Program-made: the position numbers and the translations under genes
The notes under the pieces: model-generated
Database searches by the model: none
Told to the model about the DNA's origin: nothing
Seen by the model: only the letters and a program-made list of their open reading frames with translations
Shown: positions 8,736 through 20,021 of the stretch, piece after piece
Layout: each line of letters starts with the position of its first letter
How positions within the stretch are numbered: position 1 is the first letter of the stretch
Source: Clostridiales bacterium
GTDB lineage: Bacteria; Bacillota; Clostridia; Oscillospirales; Oscillospiraceae
Assembly (NCBI GenBank): GCA_021203325.1
Contig: JAJQBL010000007.1
Span: 4,285-68,284 of the forward strand
DNA: 64,000 nt
Direction of reading: 5' to 3'

Positions 8736-10091
8736 ATGAGCTTAAAGAATGTCGAAACCAGGGAAAACAGCAGTGCTGTCCTGACCATTGAGGTGGACGC
8801 CGCCGCGTTCAACGCCGCCGTGGAGAAGGTCTATCGCAAGATGCGGGGCAGCATTTCGATTCCCGGCTTCCGCAAGGGCAAGGCCCCCCGCAAGATCATT
8901 GAGAAGATGTACGGCACCGGCGTGTTCTATGAGGACGCCATCAATGACCTGTACCCCAACGCCCTGGATGAGGCCGTGAAGGAGTCCGGCCTGGACGTGG
9001 TGGGCTATCCCAAGCTGAACATTGAGACGGTCAGCGCCGCCGAGGGCCTGGTGTTCACCGCCGAGGTGGGCGTCCGCCCTGTGGTGACCCTGGGCGAGTA
9101 TAAGGGCATCGCCGCCCCCAAGAGCGCCGTGGAGGTCACCGATGCCGATGTGGACAGCGAGATGCAGCCCCTGATCAGCCGCGCCACCAACACGGTGGAT
9201 GTGGACCGCCCCGCCCAGGTGGGCGACACCGCCAACATTGACTTTGAGGGCTTCAAGGACGGCGTGGCCTTTGAGGGCGGCAAGGGCGACAATTACGATT
9301 TGAAGCTGGGCTCCGGCACCTTCATTCCCGGCTTTGAGGAGCAGGTCGTGGGGATGTCCGCCGGTGAGGAGAAGGACGTCAACGTGACCTTCCCCGAGAA
9401 CTACGGCGCAGAGGAGCTGGCCGGCGCCGCTGTGGTGTTCAAGGTCAAGTGCAACACCGTGCAGGAGGAGCAGGTGCCCGTCATCGATGACGAGTTTGCC
9501 AAGGACGTCTCCGAGTTTGACACTCTGGAGGAGCTGAAGGCCGACCTCCGCAAGCAGGTGGAGGAGCGCAAGACCAAGAACGCCGAGGACGCCTTCAAGG
9601 CGGCGGTCATGACCAGGGTCATTGAGAACGCTCAGGTCGTGGCGCCCGACGCCATGGTGGAGTATGAGCTGGATAAGCAGATGGACAACTACGCCAACCA
9701 GCTGCAGGGCTCCGGTATGAGCCTGGAGCAGTACCTCCAGATGATGGGCATGAGCATGGAGCTGTTCCGTGAGCAGAACAAGCCCGGCGTGCTCCAGAGC
9801 ATCAAGTCCGACCTGGTGCTGGAGGCCGTGGTGAAGGCCGAGGGCCTGGAGGCCTCCGAGGAGGAGGTTTCCGCCGAGGTGGACCGCCTGGCCCAGCAGT
9901 ACGGCATGGAGGCGGATAAAATCAGGGAGGTCATCCCCGCCGAGAACCTGGCCAACGCCGTCAAGCTGGACAAGGCGTCCAAGCTGATCTATGACAGCGC
10001 CGTGGCGGAGGCCCCCGCCGCTGAGGAAGCTCCCGCCGCTGAGGAGGCCCCTGCTGCGGAAGAGGCTCCCGTAGAGGAAGCCGCCGAGTAA
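8736..10091 (+). CDS. tig: Trigger factor, with an acidic Ala/Pro/Glu repeat tail
   Basis: Has the ribosome-binding motif GFRKGKAP and a central FKBP-type domain. AGGAGG lies upstream of the ATG at 8736. The C-terminus reads AEAPAAEEAPAAEEAPAAEEAPVEEAAE. Confidence 0.93.
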   Translation: MSLKNVETRENSSAVLTIEVDAAAFNAAVEKVYRKMRGSISIPGFRKGKAPRKIIEKMYGTGVFYEDAINDLYPNALDEAVKESGLDVVGYPKLNIETVSAAEGLVFTAEVGVRPVVTLGEYKGIAAPKSAVEVTDADVDSEMQPLISRATNTVDVDRPAQVGDTANIDFEGFKDGVAFEGGKGDNYDLKLGSGTFIPGFEEQVVGMSAGEEKDVNVTFPENYGAEELAGAAVVFKVKCNTVQEEQVPVIDDEFAKDVSEFDTLEELKADLRKQVEERKTKNAEDAFKAAVMTRVIENAQVVAPDAMVEYELDKQMDNYANQLQGSGMSLEQYLQMMGMSMELFREQNKPGVLQSIKSDLVLEAVVKAEGLEASEEEVSAEVDRLAQQYGMEADKIREVIPAENLANAVKLDKASKLIYDSAVAEAPAAEEAPAAEEAPAAEEAPVEEAAE

Positions 10092-10187
10092 TGCGACCGG
10101 CTTCGCCGTATATTTTCCCTCGCATGGGATATAATGGCTCTGTGGCAGTCTACAGACCCGTATCCCGACTTACAAAGGAGTAGTATC

Positions 10188-10769
10188 ATGAGTTTAGTTC
10201 CTTATGTAGTAGAACAGACCAACCGCGGCGAACGCAGCTACGACATTTTCTCCCGCCTGCTGAATGACCGTATCATCTTCCTGGGGGAGGAAGTGAATGA
10301 CACCACCGCCTCTCTGGTGGTGGCCCAGCTGCTCTATCTGGAGGCCCAGGACCCGGATAAGGACATTCAGCTGTATATCAACTCCCCCGGCGGCTCCGTC
10401 ACGGCGGGTATGGCTATCTATGACACGATGCAATACATCAAGGCGGATGTCAGCACGATTTGCATCGGTATGGCGGCCAGCATGGGCGCGTTCCTGCTGT
10501 CCGCCGGGACGAAGGGCAAGCGGTACGCCCTGCCCAACGCGGAGGTCATGATTCATCAGCCCTCTGCCGGCACCCAGGGCAAGGTCACGGACATGGAAAT
10601 CGACGTGGCCCACGTCCTGCGCATCAAGCAGCATATGAACGAGATTTTGGCGGCCAACACCGGCAAAACCCCGGAGGAGGTCAAGGCGGACACCGAGCGG
10701 GACCATTGGCTCACCGCTCAGGAGGCCAAAGAGTACGGCCTGATCGATGAAGTGATCTCCCACCGCTGA
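10188..10769 (+). CDS. clpP: ATP-dependent Clp protease proteolytic subunit
   Basis: [23 protein letters not shown]... [11 protein letters not shown] ... MIHQP (Ser-His catalytic motifs). AAAGGAG sits 7 nt upstream. Confidence 0.97.
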   Translation: MSLVPYVVEQTNRGERSYDIFSRLLNDRIIFLGEEVNDTTASLVVAQLLYLEAQDPDKDIQLYINSPGGSVTAGMAIYDTMQYIKADVSTICIGMAASMGAFLLSAGTKGKRYALPNAEVMIHQPSAGTQGKVTDMEIDVAHVLRIKQHMNEILAANTGKTPEEVKADTERDHWLTAQEAKEYGLIDEVISHR

Positions 10770-10828
10770 CCCGGACAGGGGCAGGAGATGTTCCTGCCCC
10801 TCCCTGAGCATGAAAAGGAACACATTTT

Positions 10829-12139
10829 ATGGCTAAAAATGACGAAAAGCGCACAATTCGATGCAACTTCTGCGGAAAGAGCCAGGACCAGGTCCGGCGT
10901 ATCATCGCCGGCCCCGGGGTGTTCATCTGCAATGAGTGTGTCGAGCTGTGCAACAGCATCCTGGACGACACCGACACCCGGCAGGGCAACTCCAGCGGGC
11001 TGGAAATGTCCGGCAAGCTGCCCACCCCCAAGGAGATTCATGATGTGCTGGACCAGTATATCATCGGCCAGGAAGAGGCCAAGGTGACGCTGTCTGTGGC
11101 GGTTTACAACCACTATAAGCGCATCTACTTTGGCGGCGGGGACGATGTGGAGCTGCAAAAGAGCAATATTCTGCTTCTGGGCCCCACCGGCTGCGGCAAG
11201 ACCCTGCTGGCCCAGTCCCTGGCCAGAATTCTGGATGTGCCCTTCGCCATCGCCGACGCCACCACCCTGACCGAGGCCGGTTATGTGGGCGACGATGTGG
11301 AGAACATCCTCCTCCGGCTGGTGCAGGCGGCGGATTACGATGTGGAACGGGCCCAGTACGGCATCATCTATGTGGATGAGATCGACAAAATCGCCCGGAA
11401 GAGCGAGAACACCTCCATCACCCGTGACGTGTCCGGCGAGGGGGTGCAGCAGGCCCTGCTGAAGATTCTGGAGGGCACCGTGGCCAACGTGCCGCCCCAG
11501 GGGGGCAGGAAGCACCCCCAGCAGGAGTTCATCCAGGTGGACACCACCAACATCCTCTTCATCTGCGGCGGCGCCTTTGACGGCATCGAGAAAATCATCG
11601 AGAACCGCACCGACCGGAAGAACATCGGCTTCGGCGGCACCGTCCTGACCCGGAAGGAGCGGGAAAGCTCCTCCCTCCTGAAGGAGATCCAGCCCCACGA
11701 CCTGATGAAGTTCGGCATCATTCCGGAGCTGATTGGCCGTCTGCCGGTGATCACCACCCTCCAGCAGCTGAACCGGGAGCAGCTGGTGCAGATCCTGACG
11801 GAGCCGAAGAACGCCCTGGTGAAGCAGTACCAGAAGATGATGGAGTACGACAATGTGAAGCTGGAGTTCCAGCCCCAGGCGCTGGAGGCCATTGCGGACA
11901 TCGCCCTGGAGCGGGGCATCGGCGCCCGTGGCCTCCGGGCCGTGGTGGAGGACGCCATGAACAAGCTGATGTACGAGGTGCCCTCCGACCCCACCATCTC
12001 GAAGATCACCATTACACCGGAAGCGGTGCGGCACACGGGTGAGCCGCTGGTGGAGCGGGACGAAAACCGCAAATCCCGTCCCCGGCTGGGCGCGGTGCAG
12101 CCTGAGCGCACCGCCCGCCGCCGCGGAACCACCGCCTGA
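10829..12139 (+). CDS. clpX: ATP-dependent Clp protease ATP-binding subunit ClpX
   Basis: N-terminal zinc ribbon CNFCGK...CNEC, Walker A GPTGCGKT, and the IGFG pore loop. Confidence 0.97.
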   Translation: MAKNDEKRTIRCNFCGKSQDQVRRIIAGPGVFICNECVELCNSILDDTDTRQGNSSGLEMSGKLPTPKEIHDVLDQYIIGQEEAKVTLSVAVYNHYKRIYFGGGDDVELQKSNILLLGPTGCGKTLLAQSLARILDVPFAIADATTLTEAGYVGDDVENILLRLVQAADYDVERAQYGIIYVDEIDKIARKSENTSITRDVSGEGVQQALLKILEGTVANVPPQGGRKHPQQEFIQVDTTNILFICGGAFDGIEKIIENRTDRKNIGFGGTVLTRKERESSSLLKEIQPHDLMKFGIIPELIGRLPVITTLQQLNREQLVQILTEPKNALVKQYQKMMEYDNVKLEFQPQALEAIADIALERGIGARGLRAVVEDAMNKLMYEVPSDPTISKITITPEAVRHTGEPLVERDENRKSRPRLGAVQPERTARRRGTTA

Positions 12140-12234
12140 TGGCTGTCCCAACGTATGACAGGATTCCAAAATTGCCGCAAGCAGCTGCAATCGCTGCCTT
12201 GCGGCCTTTTTGACACAAAGGAGACCCTTGCCCT

Positions 12235-14691
12235 ATGAGTATGAGTGAACGGAACACGATTTTGGAGGAGACACTTCCCGAGGAGAAAGAGACGAAGCGT
12301 ATGCCCGTCATTGCGCTGCGCGGGCTGACCATGTTCCCCAGTATGCTGCTCCACTTCGATGTGGGGCGGCGGGCGTCTGTCAAGGCGCTGGACCGGGTGA
12401 ACGAGGACGGGGGCACCGTCTTTCTGGTGGCCCAGCGGGACCTGCGGGTGGAGGACCCCGGCCAGGCAGACCTCTACGAAGTCGGCACCGTCTGCGCGGT
12501 GCGCCAGGTGCTGCGCCTGCCGGGGGACAACGTCCGGGTCATGGTAGAGGGGCTGTCCAGAGGCCGCCTGCTGAACATGGAGCAGGAGAAGCCCTGTCTG
12601 GTGGCCAGCATCGAAGTGCTGCCGGAGCAGGCCGTCCCGGCCCGGTCGCTGAAAACGGAGCTGTACCTGCGCAAGGGCTGCGAAGCCTTTGAGGCGTACT
12701 GCGAGCTGAACCCCAAGCAGACGCCGGACACCTTCATCAATGTGCTGTCCACCCGGAACCCGGGGTATATGGCGGACTATATCGCCCAGAATATCAGCCT
12801 CCGGGTGGAGGACAAACAGCAGGTGCTGGAGGAGGAACAGCCCATCGAACGGCTGGGCCTGATGATCCAGATCCTGAACCGGGAAAACGACATCCTGCGT
12901 CTGGAGCAGGAGCTGGAAGGCAAAGTGCAGGAGCACATGAACCAAGCCCAGAAGGACTACTTCCTGCGGGAGCAGATGAAGGTCATTCAGGCCGAGCTGG
13001 GGGAGGACCCGGAGGAGGACGACGAGCTGCGGGAGTATCAGGAGAAGATCGCTTCCGCCAAGCTCCCCGACGAGGTGCGGGAGAAGCTGGAGAAGGAGCT
13101 GCGGAAGCTGGCGAAGCAGCCCTTCGGCTCAGCGGAGGCCTCCGTGATTCGAAACTATCTGGACGTCTGCCTGGAACTGCCCTGGCAGGTGAAAACCAAA
13201 GAGCGGGTCAACATCGAAGCGGCCCGCAAGACCCTGGACGCCGACCACTACGGCATGGAGAAGGTCAAGGAGCGTATCCTGGAGTTTCTGGCGGTGCGGA
13301 AGCTGGCGCCGGAGCTGAAAGGGCAGATCATCTGCCTGGTGGGCCCTCCCGGCGTGGGCAAGACCTCCATCGCCTCCTCTGTGGCGAAGGCCCTGAACCG
13401 GAAGATGGCCCGGGTGTCTCTGGGCGGCGTCCACGATGAGGCGGAGATTCGGGGCCACAGAAAGACCTATATCGGGGCCATGCCCGGCCGCATCATCTCC
13501 GCCATCCAGAAGGCCGGGTCCTCAAACCCCCTGATTCTGCTGGACGAGATCGACAAAGTGGGCAGCGACTACCGGGGCGACCCCTCCTCCGCCCTGCTGG
13601 AGGTGCTGGACGGGGAGCAGAACGCCACCTTCCGGGACAATTTCCTGGAGCTGCCCTTTGACCTCAGCGACGTTCTGTTCATCACCACCGCCAACGACCT
13701 CAGCACCGTCCCCCCCGCCCTGCGGGACCGGATGGAGGTCATTGAGCTGTCCAGCTACACCGATGAGGAGAAGCTGCAAATCGCCCGCCGCCACCTGCTG
13801 CCCAAAGAGATGAAGCGTCACGGCCTGGACGGCCGCCGCTTCCGGGTGACAGATGACGCGATTCGGGAGATCATCACCGGCTACACCCGGGAGTCCGGCG
13901 TCCGCCTGCTGGAGCGGCAGCTGGCGTCCCTGTGCCGGAAGGGGGCCATGGAGCTGGTCTCCGGCACCGGCAAGCGGGTCACCGTCACCGGCGACAATCT
14001 GGAGCAGTACCTGGGCGTCCGCCGCTACACCCCGGAGAAGCTGGCCAAGGCGCCGGAGGTAGGCGTGGTCAACGGCCTGGCCTGGACCAGCGTGGGCGGC
14101 GAAATGCTCCAGGTGGAGGTCAACGTGGTGCCCGGCTGCGGCAAGGTGGAGCCCACCGGCAACCTGGGCGAGGTGATGAAGGAGTCCTGCCACTCCGCCA
14201 TCTCCTATATCCGCGCCCACGCGTCGGAGCTGGGCATCGAGGCGGACTTCTACCAGAAGTGGGACATTCACATCCACTTCCCGGAGGGAGCCGTGCCCAA
14301 GGACGGGCCCTCCGCCGGCGTGACCATCACCACCGCCATCGTCTCCGCCCTGACCGGCGCGCCGGTGCGGCCGGACGTGGCCATGACCGGCGAGGTGACC
14401 CTGCGGGGCCGGGTGCTGCCCATCGGCGGCCTCCGGGAAAAGACCATGGCCGCCTTCCGCAACGGCATGAAAACCGTCATCATCCCCGCCGACAACGAGA
14501 AGAGCCTGGAGGAGATCGATCAGACCGTCCGCAAGGCCCTGCAATTCTGCACGGCGGAGCGGATGGACACGGTGCTGAGCGCCGCCCTGCTGCCTGTGCC
14601 GGTGCAGAAGGAGAAGGCCCTGACCGTCCCCCAGCCCATCCCCCTGCCGGAGCAGCCCAGAGGGGGCGACAAGCTGGGAATCCAACAGTGA
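12235..14691 (+). CDS. lon: Lon protease (LonA)
   Basis: 818 aa with an N-terminal LON domain, Walker [10 protein letters not shown] and a C-terminal protease motif PKDGPSAG. Confidence 0.95.
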   Translation: MSMSERNTILEETLPEEKETKRMPVIALRGLTMFPSMLLHFDVGRRASVKALDRVNEDGGTVFLVAQRDLRVEDPGQADLYEVGTVCAVRQVLRLPGDNVRVMVEGLSRGRLLNMEQEKPCLVASIEVLPEQAVPARSLKTELYLRKGCEAFEAYCELNPKQTPDTFINVLSTRNPGYMADYIAQNISLRVEDKQQVLEEEQPIERLGLMIQILNRENDILRLEQELEGKVQEHMNQAQKDYFLREQMKVIQAELGEDPEEDDELREYQEKIASAKLPDEVREKLEKELRKLAKQPFGSAEASVIRNYLDVCLELPWQVKTKERVNIEAARKTLDADHYGMEKVKERILEFLAVRKLAPELKGQIICLVGPPGVGKTSIASSVAKALNRKMARVSLGGVHDEAEIRGHRKTYIGAMPGRIISAIQKAGSSNPLILLDEIDKVGSDYRGDPSSALLEVLDGEQNATFRDNFLELPFDLSDVLFITTANDLSTVPPALRDRMEVIELSSYTDEEKLQIARRHLLPKEMKRHGLDGRRFRVTDDAIREIITGYTRESGVRLLERQLASLCRKGAMELVSGTGKRVTVTGDNLEQYLGVRRYTPEKLAKAPEVGVVNGLAWTSVGGEMLQVEVNVVPGCGKVEPTGNLGEVMKESCHSAISYIRAHASELGIEADFYQKWDIHIHFPEGAVPKDGPSAGVTITTAIVSALTGAPVRPDVAMTGEVTLRGRVLPIGGLREKTMAAFRNGMKTVIIPADNEKSLEEIDQTVRKALQFCTAERMDTVLSAALLPVPVQKEKALTVPQPIPLPEQPRGGDKLGIQQ

Positions 14692-14699
14692 GGTGACCT

Positions 14700-15287
14700 A
14701 TGAATTTGCACAATGCGGCCTATGTCCGCTCGGCGGGCACCCCCAGGGACTTCCTCCATGACCACAAGCCCCAGTTCGTCATGGCGGGCCGGTCCAACGT
14801 GGGCAAGTCCTCCGTCATCAACCGGATGCTGGACCGAAAGAACCTGGCCCGGGTGGGCAACTCCCCCGGCAAGACCCGTCAGGTGAACTACTTTCTGATT
14901 GACGACAGCTTCTACCTGGTGGACCTGCCGGGCTACGGCTACGCCAAAGTCAACCGTGAGGAGAAGCAGCGCTGGGCCCAGCTGATGGAGGCGTATTTTG
15001 CCGACGGACAGATCACCCTGGGCCTGCTGATCGTGGACGCCCGGCACAAGCCCTCCAAGGACGATGTGGTGATGGCCAACTGGTTCAGGGAGACGGGCTG
15101 CCCCTTCGCGGTGGTGGCCAACAAGCTGGACAAGCTGAAAAAAAGCGAGATTCAGCCCAACCTGGCCCTGATCCGGGAGACTCTGGAGCTGGGGGAGGAC
15201 ATCCCCCTGATTCCCTTCTCCGCCGAGAAGGGGGACGGAAAGCAGGAGCTGGTCAGCCTTGTGCTGAACACCCTGGCGAAAAAGTGA
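14700..15287 (+). CDS. engB: Ribosome biogenesis GTP-binding protein YsxC/EngB
   Basis: GRSNVGKSS P-loop, DLPGYGYA and NKLDK motifs. It sits in the conserved position after lon. Confidence 0.92.
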   Translation: MNLHNAAYVRSAGTPRDFLHDHKPQFVMAGRSNVGKSSVINRMLDRKNLARVGNSPGKTRQVNYFLIDDSFYLVDLPGYGYAKVNREEKQRWAQLMEAYFADGQITLGLLIVDARHKPSKDDVVMANWFRETGCPFAVVANKLDKLKKSEIQPNLALIRETLELGEDIPLIPFSAEKGDGKQELVSLVLNTLAKK

Positions 15288-15299
15288 GATAAAACAGAC

Positions 15300-15336
15300 G
15301 CAGCCCCACGGATTTCATCCGTGGGGCTGCGATTTT
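15300..15336. terminator. Bidirectional hairpin terminator between engB and the convergent MFS gene
   Basis: 12-bp stem gcagccccacgg / ccgtggggctgc, followed by gatttt. Confidence 0.55.
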
Positions 15337-15355
15337 GACGGGAAAGGAACTCCCC

Positions 15356-16555
15356 CTACTCCTTCGCCGCCCTCCGCAGGGCGCAGCTGCCCAGCAGCAT
15401 CAGCACCGGGAAGCACACGGCGGCCAGAATCCCCGCATGGAGGTCTCCCCCCGCCAGGGAGGACAGCATCCCCACAAAGGTGGGGCCTGCGGAGCAGCCG
15501 ATGTCGCCCCCCAGGGCCATCAGGGCGAAGAGCAGCGTTCCCCCTTTTGGCAGCAGCCGGGCGGTCATGCTGAAGGTGCCCGGCCAGAGGATGCCCACAG
15601 AGAAGCCGCAGACGCCGCACCCCAGCAGGCTCAGCATGGGCCAGGGGGACAGGGAAATCACCAGATAGCTGACCACACACAGCCCGGCGCTGAGCTTCAT
15701 GGTCCGAATCAGGTCGATATGGGCGCCGTACTTCCCGTAGAGGGCACGGGAGGTGCCCATCAGAATGGCAAAGAGCATGGGGCCGCACAGGTCGCCCAGG
15801 GTCTTGGATACCTGCAGGCCGGACTCGGCAAAGGTGGAGGTCCACTGGCTCACCGCCTGCTCGCTGGCGCCGGCGCAGATCATCAGAAGCATCGCCAGCC
15901 AGAAGGAGCGCCTGCCCAGCAGCTCCCTCATGGAGAGGCCCTTCTCCTCATCCTCCAGCAGGGAGTAGATGGGCACCCTGGTGAATATCACGCAGTTCGC
16001 AATGGGAACAATTGCCCACAGCAGCGCCATGATTTTCCAACGCTCTGTGCCGAAGGCCGCGAAGAAGATGGTGGACAGCAGCACCACCCCTACATGGCCC
16101 CAGCAGTAGAAGGAGTGCAGGAGGCTCATGGCGCTCTCCTTGTTGTCGGTGGGGCAGGCCTCCACGATGGGGCTGACCAGCACCTCCAGCAGACCGCCGC
16201 CCACCGCATAGATCAGTACGGAGATCACCAGCCCCACAAAGGGGCTGGGCAGCAGGTCGGGCAGGACGGCCAGACAGATCAGCCCCGCCGCCGCCATGAC
16301 ATGGGCCGCCACGACGGCCGCCCGGTAGCCCACCCGGTCGATGAATTTGGGGCTGAGGAGATCCACCACCAGCTGCACCGTGAAGTTAAAGGTGATCAGC
16401 AGGGTGATGCTGGACAGGGGGATGCCGTAGGAGGATTGAAAGGTCAGGAACAGCAGGGGGACAAAGTTGTTCACAATGGCCTGGACGATGTAGCCCACGA
16501 AGCAGGCTTTGATGGTGTGGTCATAGGAGAGCGGTTTGGTTTGGCTGGGCGTCAT
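15356..16555 (-). CDS. MFS transporter
   Basis: ~400 aa and highly hydrophobic, with a 12-TM-like pattern. The start at 16555 (MTPSQTK) has GGAGGTG 7 nt upstream. The track start at 16618 lacks an RBS. Confidence 0.85.
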   Translation of the reverse strand: MTPSQTKPLSYDHTIKACFVGYIVQAIVNNFVPLLFLTFQSSYGIPLSSITLLITFNFTVQLVVDLLSPKFIDRVGYRAAVVAAHVMAAAGLICLAVLPDLLPSPFVGLVISVLIYAVGGGLLEVLVSPIVEACPTDNKESAMSLLHSFYCWGHVGVVLLSTIFFAAFGTERWKIMALLWAIVPIANCVIFTRVPIYSLLEDEEKGLSMRELLGRRSFWLAMLLMICAGASEQAVSQWTSTFAESGLQVSKTLGDLCGPMLFAILMGTSRALYGKYGAHIDLIRTMKLSAGLCVVSYLVISLSPWPMLSLLGCGVCGFSVGILWPGTFSMTARLLPKGGTLLFALMALGGDIGCSAGPTFVGMLSSLAGGDLHAGILAAVCFPVLMLLGSCALRRAAKE

Positions 16556-16659
16556 GCCGGGCACCTCCGGTTTTAGTTTGTCAACAGCCATTATAGCGCC
16601 GGAAGGGGCGGCGTTCAAGCCTTTTTTCTTTGCGCCGGGGAATCTGTTTGCGGCGCGCC

Positions 16660-16688
16660 TTGCATTTCCCGCCGCAATTTGGTAAACT
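16660..16688 (+). promoter_or_regulatory. Candidate promoter for the dehydrogenase/malic enzyme genes
   Basis: TTGCAT (16660-16665), 17 nt, TGgTAAACT extended -10 (hexamer 16683-16688). Confidence 0.45.
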
Positions 16689-16831
16689 GAGTCGTGAACA
16701 TGGGCGCTGCCGGATGACCGCAGCGCCTATGGGAAGAATTTCCTGTGAGGGCAAAAACGCAGCTCCTTCCTCAACCCTCGTCTAAGGAGTGCTGAATGAC
16801 TTTGCCCCACAGAACGCCAGGAGGACGAACG

Positions 16832-17839
16832 ATGCCCTTTGTCTATGTTTCCATGCCCTTCGAGGGCGGCCGACGGGCGCAGCTGGAGGCTGCGCTGCCC
16901 GGCGGCGACTTTTTCTACTGCCCTGCGCCGGAGGTGGACGACGGGGCCCTGGCCAGGGCCGATGTCATCATCGGCAACGTGCCGCCGGCGAAGCTGGCCC
17001 TGGCCCAAAAACTGCGCTTCCTCCAGCTGAACAGCGCAGGCTCTGACAACTACGCGGCCCCCGGCGTGCTGCCGGAGGGGGCGGCGCTGTGCAACGCCAG
17101 CGGCGCATACGGCCTCGCCATCTCCGAGCATATCCTGGCAGGGGTGCTGACGCTGATGAAAAAGCTCCACCTCTACGCCCGCAACCAGCAGCGCCATGTG
17201 TGGCGCAGTGAAGGGCGGGTGCGCTCGATTTTCGGTTCCACCTTCCTGATCGTGGGGGCGGGGGACATCGGCGGCACGCTGGCGGAGAAGGCCAAAGCCC
17301 TGGGGGTCTGCACCGTCGGCGTCCGGCGGACGGCGCGGCAAAAGCCGGCGTTTTTGGACGAGGCGTACACCATGGACGCCCTGGACGACCTGCTGCCCCG
17401 GGCCGACGTGGCAGTCCTCTCCCTGCCCAAAACGCCGGAGACCACCCACCTGATGAACGCCGCCCGGCTGGGGCGCATGAAGCCTGACGGCATCCTGGTG
17501 AACGTGGGCCGGGGGGACTGCGTGGTGACGGAGGACCTGGTGGCCGCTCTGCAGGCAGGGACTGTCGGCGGCGCGGTGCTGGACGTCACCGACCCGGAGC
17601 CGCTGCCGGAAGACCATCCCCTGTGGGACTGTGAAAACCTGGTGCTGACGCCCCATGTTTCCGGCTTTTACCACCTGCCCGCAACGCTGTACAACGTCCA
17701 GTCCATCGCCATCCGCAACCTGACCGCCTGGGGCCGGGGGGAAGGGCTGGAAAATGTGGTGGACTTCTCCACCGGATATCGAAAGCTGCCGGAATCAGAA
17801 GAATCCCCTGCTTGTCAAACCGGCAGGGGCGGAGTATGA
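16832..17839 (+). CDS. D-isomer-specific 2-hydroxyacid dehydrogenase family protein
   Basis: Has an NAD-binding GAGDIGG motif and the catalytic-region pattern LVNVGRG...D. The ATG at 16832 follows AGGAGGA. Confidence 0.85.
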   Translation: MPFVYVSMPFEGGRRAQLEAALPGGDFFYCPAPEVDDGALARADVIIGNVPPAKLALAQKLRFLQLNSAGSDNYAAPGVLPEGAALCNASGAYGLAISEHILAGVLTLMKKLHLYARNQQRHVWRSEGRVRSIFGSTFLIVGAGDIGGTLAEKAKALGVCTVGVRRTARQKPAFLDEAYTMDALDDLLPRADVAVLSLPKTPETTHLMNAARLGRMKPDGILVNVGRGDCVVTEDLVAALQAGTVGGAVLDVTDPEPLPEDHPLWDCENLVLTPHVSGFYHLPATLYNVQSIAIRNLTAWGRGEGLENVVDFSTGYRKLPESEESPACQTGRGGV

Positions 17840-17879
17840 TGGCCTTGTTGGAAAACTACGTGAAGGAGTCGGTTACACC

Positions 17880-19052
17880 ATGAATTACGCAGAGGAATCC
17901 CTGAAAAAGCATTACGAATGGCACGGCAAGCTGGAGACCGTGCCCAAGATGGCGGTAAAGGACAAGGAGGCCCTCTCCCTGGCCTACACCCCCGGCGTGG
18001 CCCAGCCCTGCCTGGAGATTCAAAAGGACCCCGCCAAGAGCTATGACCTGACGGGCCGCTGGAACACCGTGGCGGTGGTGACGGACGGCAGCGCCGTGCT
18101 GGGCCTGGGCGACATCGGCCCGGAGGCCGGTATGCCGGTGATGGAGGGCAAGTGCGTCCTCTTCAAAGCCTTCGGCGGGGTGGACGCCGTCCCCCTGTGC
18201 GTCAAGAGCAAGGATGTGGACACCATCGTGAATACGGTGGCCCTGCTGGAGGGTTCCTTCGGCGGTATTAACCTGGAGGACATCTCCGCCCCCCGGTGCT
18301 TTGAGATTGAGCGGAAGCTGAAGGAGCGCTGCTCCATCCCTGTGTTCCACGACGACCAGCACGGCACCGCCGTGGTGGTGCTGGCGGCCCTGACCAACGC
18401 CCTGAAGGTGGTGGGCAAGCGGATGGAGGACATTCGGGTGGTTACCTGCGGCGCCGGTGCGGCGGGCATCGCCATCATCAAGCTGCTGATCGCCCGAGAG
18501 CTCAGCGATGTCATCATGTGCGACCGGAAGGGCGCGATTTACGAGGGCCGGGATGGCCTGAACGACGCCAAGGCGGAGATTGCCGCCATCACCAACCGCT
18601 CCAGGCGCAGCGGCAGCCTGGCCGACGTGCTGGAGGGGGCGGATGTGTTCATCGGCGTGTCCGCGCCGGGGATGGTGACGCCGGAGATGGTGGACCGCAT
18701 GGCCCCGAACGCCATCCTCTTCCCCATGGCCAACCCCACGCCGGAAATCATGCCCGACCTGGCCAGAGAGGCCGGCGCGGCGGTGGTGGGCACCGGCCGC
18801 AGCGACTTCCCCAACCAGATCAACAACGTGCTGGCCTTCCCCGGCATCTTCCGGGGGGCCTTCGATGTCCGGGCCAGCGATATCAACGATACCATGAAAA
18901 TCGCCGCCGCCAACGCCCTAGCCTCTCTGGTGTCCGAGGAGGAGCTGAGCGCGGAGTACATCCTGCCCTACGCCTTTGACGAGCGGGTGCGGCCCGCCGT
19001 GGCCTCCGCCGTGGCGGAAGCCGCCCGGCAGAGCGGCGTGGCCCGGCTGTAA
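17880..19052 (+). CDS. NAD(P)-dependent malic enzyme (short form)
   Basis: LSLAYTPGVA, VVTDGSAVLGLGDIG, FGGINLEDI and CGAGAAGIA motifs. The ATG at 17880 has a GAAGGAG RBS. Confidence 0.9.
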   Translation: MNYAEESLKKHYEWHGKLETVPKMAVKDKEALSLAYTPGVAQPCLEIQKDPAKSYDLTGRWNTVAVVTDGSAVLGLGDIGPEAGMPVMEGKCVLFKAFGGVDAVPLCVKSKDVDTIVNTVALLEGSFGGINLEDISAPRCFEIERKLKERCSIPVFHDDQHGTAVVVLAALTNALKVVGKRMEDIRVVTCGAGAAGIAIIKLLIARELSDVIMCDRKGAIYEGRDGLNDAKAEIAAITNRSRRSGSLADVLEGADVFIGVSAPGMVTPEMVDRMAPNAILFPMANPTPEIMPDLAREAGAAVVGTGRSDFPNQINNVLAFPGIFRGAFDVRASDINDTMKIAAANALASLVSEEELSAEYILPYAFDERVRPAVASAVAEAARQSGVARL

Positions 19053-19115
19053 GCAACCAAAAGGGCTGCGTCCCGGGGCGCGGCCTGCGCGGAGAGAGAA
19101 AAAGAGGCAAACCCA

Positions 19116-19805
19116 ATGGCGGAACGGATTTTAATTGTAGAGGATGAGGCCCAGCTGGCCCGTATGCTGGAGCTGGAGCTGTGCTATGAGGGCTATGACG
19201 TCACTCTGGCTTCAAACGGCCGGGTGGGGCTGGAGGAAGCGCTGACCCGGAGGCATGACCTGCTGCTGCTGGACATCATGCTGCCGGAGATGTCCGGTCT
19301 CGAGGTGCTGCGCCGCCTCCGGAGGGACGGGCAGAACGTGCCCGTCATCCTGCTGACCGCCAGGGACAACGTGGCGGACAAGGCGGCCGGGCTGGACGCC
19401 GGAGCCAACGATTATATCACCAAGCCCTTCGCCATTGAGGAACTGCTGGCCCGTATCCGCTGCGCCCTGCGGACCCCCTTCCCGCCGGAGCAGAGCGGGG
19501 AGCCGTCTGACCTGCTGACCGCCGGCCCGGTCAGCCTCCAAATCTCCTGCCGCCGGGTCACGGTGCACGGCCAGGAGGTGGATTTGACCCGCCGGGAGTT
19601 CGATCTGCTCCGCTGCCTGATGGAGCATAAGGGCGCCGTCCTGTCCCGCAGCACCCTGCTGACCACCGTTTGGGGCTATGACTACGCCGGGGAAACCAAC
19701 ACGGTGGATGTCTATGTCCGCTTCCTCCGCAATAAAATCGACCAGGTCTACGGCCTGCACCTCATCGAGACGGTGCGGGGCGTGGGCTACGTCATCCGGG
19801 CGTGA
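19116..19805 (+). CDS. OmpR/PhoB-family response regulator (no adjacent histidine kinase)
   Basis: Receiver domain (ILIVEDE ... LLLLDIMLP ... ITKPF) plus a winged-helix C-terminus (TRREFDLL ... VRGVGY). Confidence 0.9.
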   Translation: MAERILIVEDEAQLARMLELELCYEGYDVTLASNGRVGLEEALTRRHDLLLLDIMLPEMSGLEVLRRLRRDGQNVPVILLTARDNVADKAAGLDAGANDYITKPFAIEELLARIRCALRTPFPPEQSGEPSDLLTAGPVSLQISCRRVTVHGQEVDLTRREFDLLRCLMEHKGAVLSRSTLLTTVWGYDYAGETNTVDVYVRFLRNKIDQVYGLHLIETVRGVGYVIRA

Positions 19806-19852
19806 CCGCCCCTGGGATACGCACACTTTTTGAGAAAGGAAGCCAAATCGTT

Positions 19853-20014
19853 ATGAGTACGACTGATTTGATGAACCTGCTGGTGGGCCTCTGCATCGTC
19901 TCTCTGGTGCTGGGCATCGCCAAAAAGATGACCAAGGTGATTATCGTTGCCGTGGTCGTCCTGATCGTCCTGACGATTCTGAACGGCGGGGTGCCCCTTG
20001 ACCTGCCCTGGTAG
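19853..20014 (+). CDS. Small hydrophobic protein (53 aa, two predicted TM segments)
   Basis: The ATG at 19853 is preceded by GAAAGGAAG. The product MSTTDLMNLLVGLCIVSLVLGIAKKMTKVIIVAVVVLIVLTIL... is membrane-like. No family was recognised. Confidence 0.4.
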   Translation: MSTTDLMNLLVGLCIVSLVLGIAKKMTKVIIVAVVVLIVLTILNGGVPLDLPW

Positions 20015-20021
20015 TGACGCC

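Noticed and set aside
10006-10091. An 18-nt tandem repeat at the 3' end of tig encoding (PAAEEA)n.
   Set aside because: It is an in-frame low-complexity acidic tail of an otherwise normal trigger factor. It is probably a slippage-prone linker of little consequence, and is noted only in the feature list.
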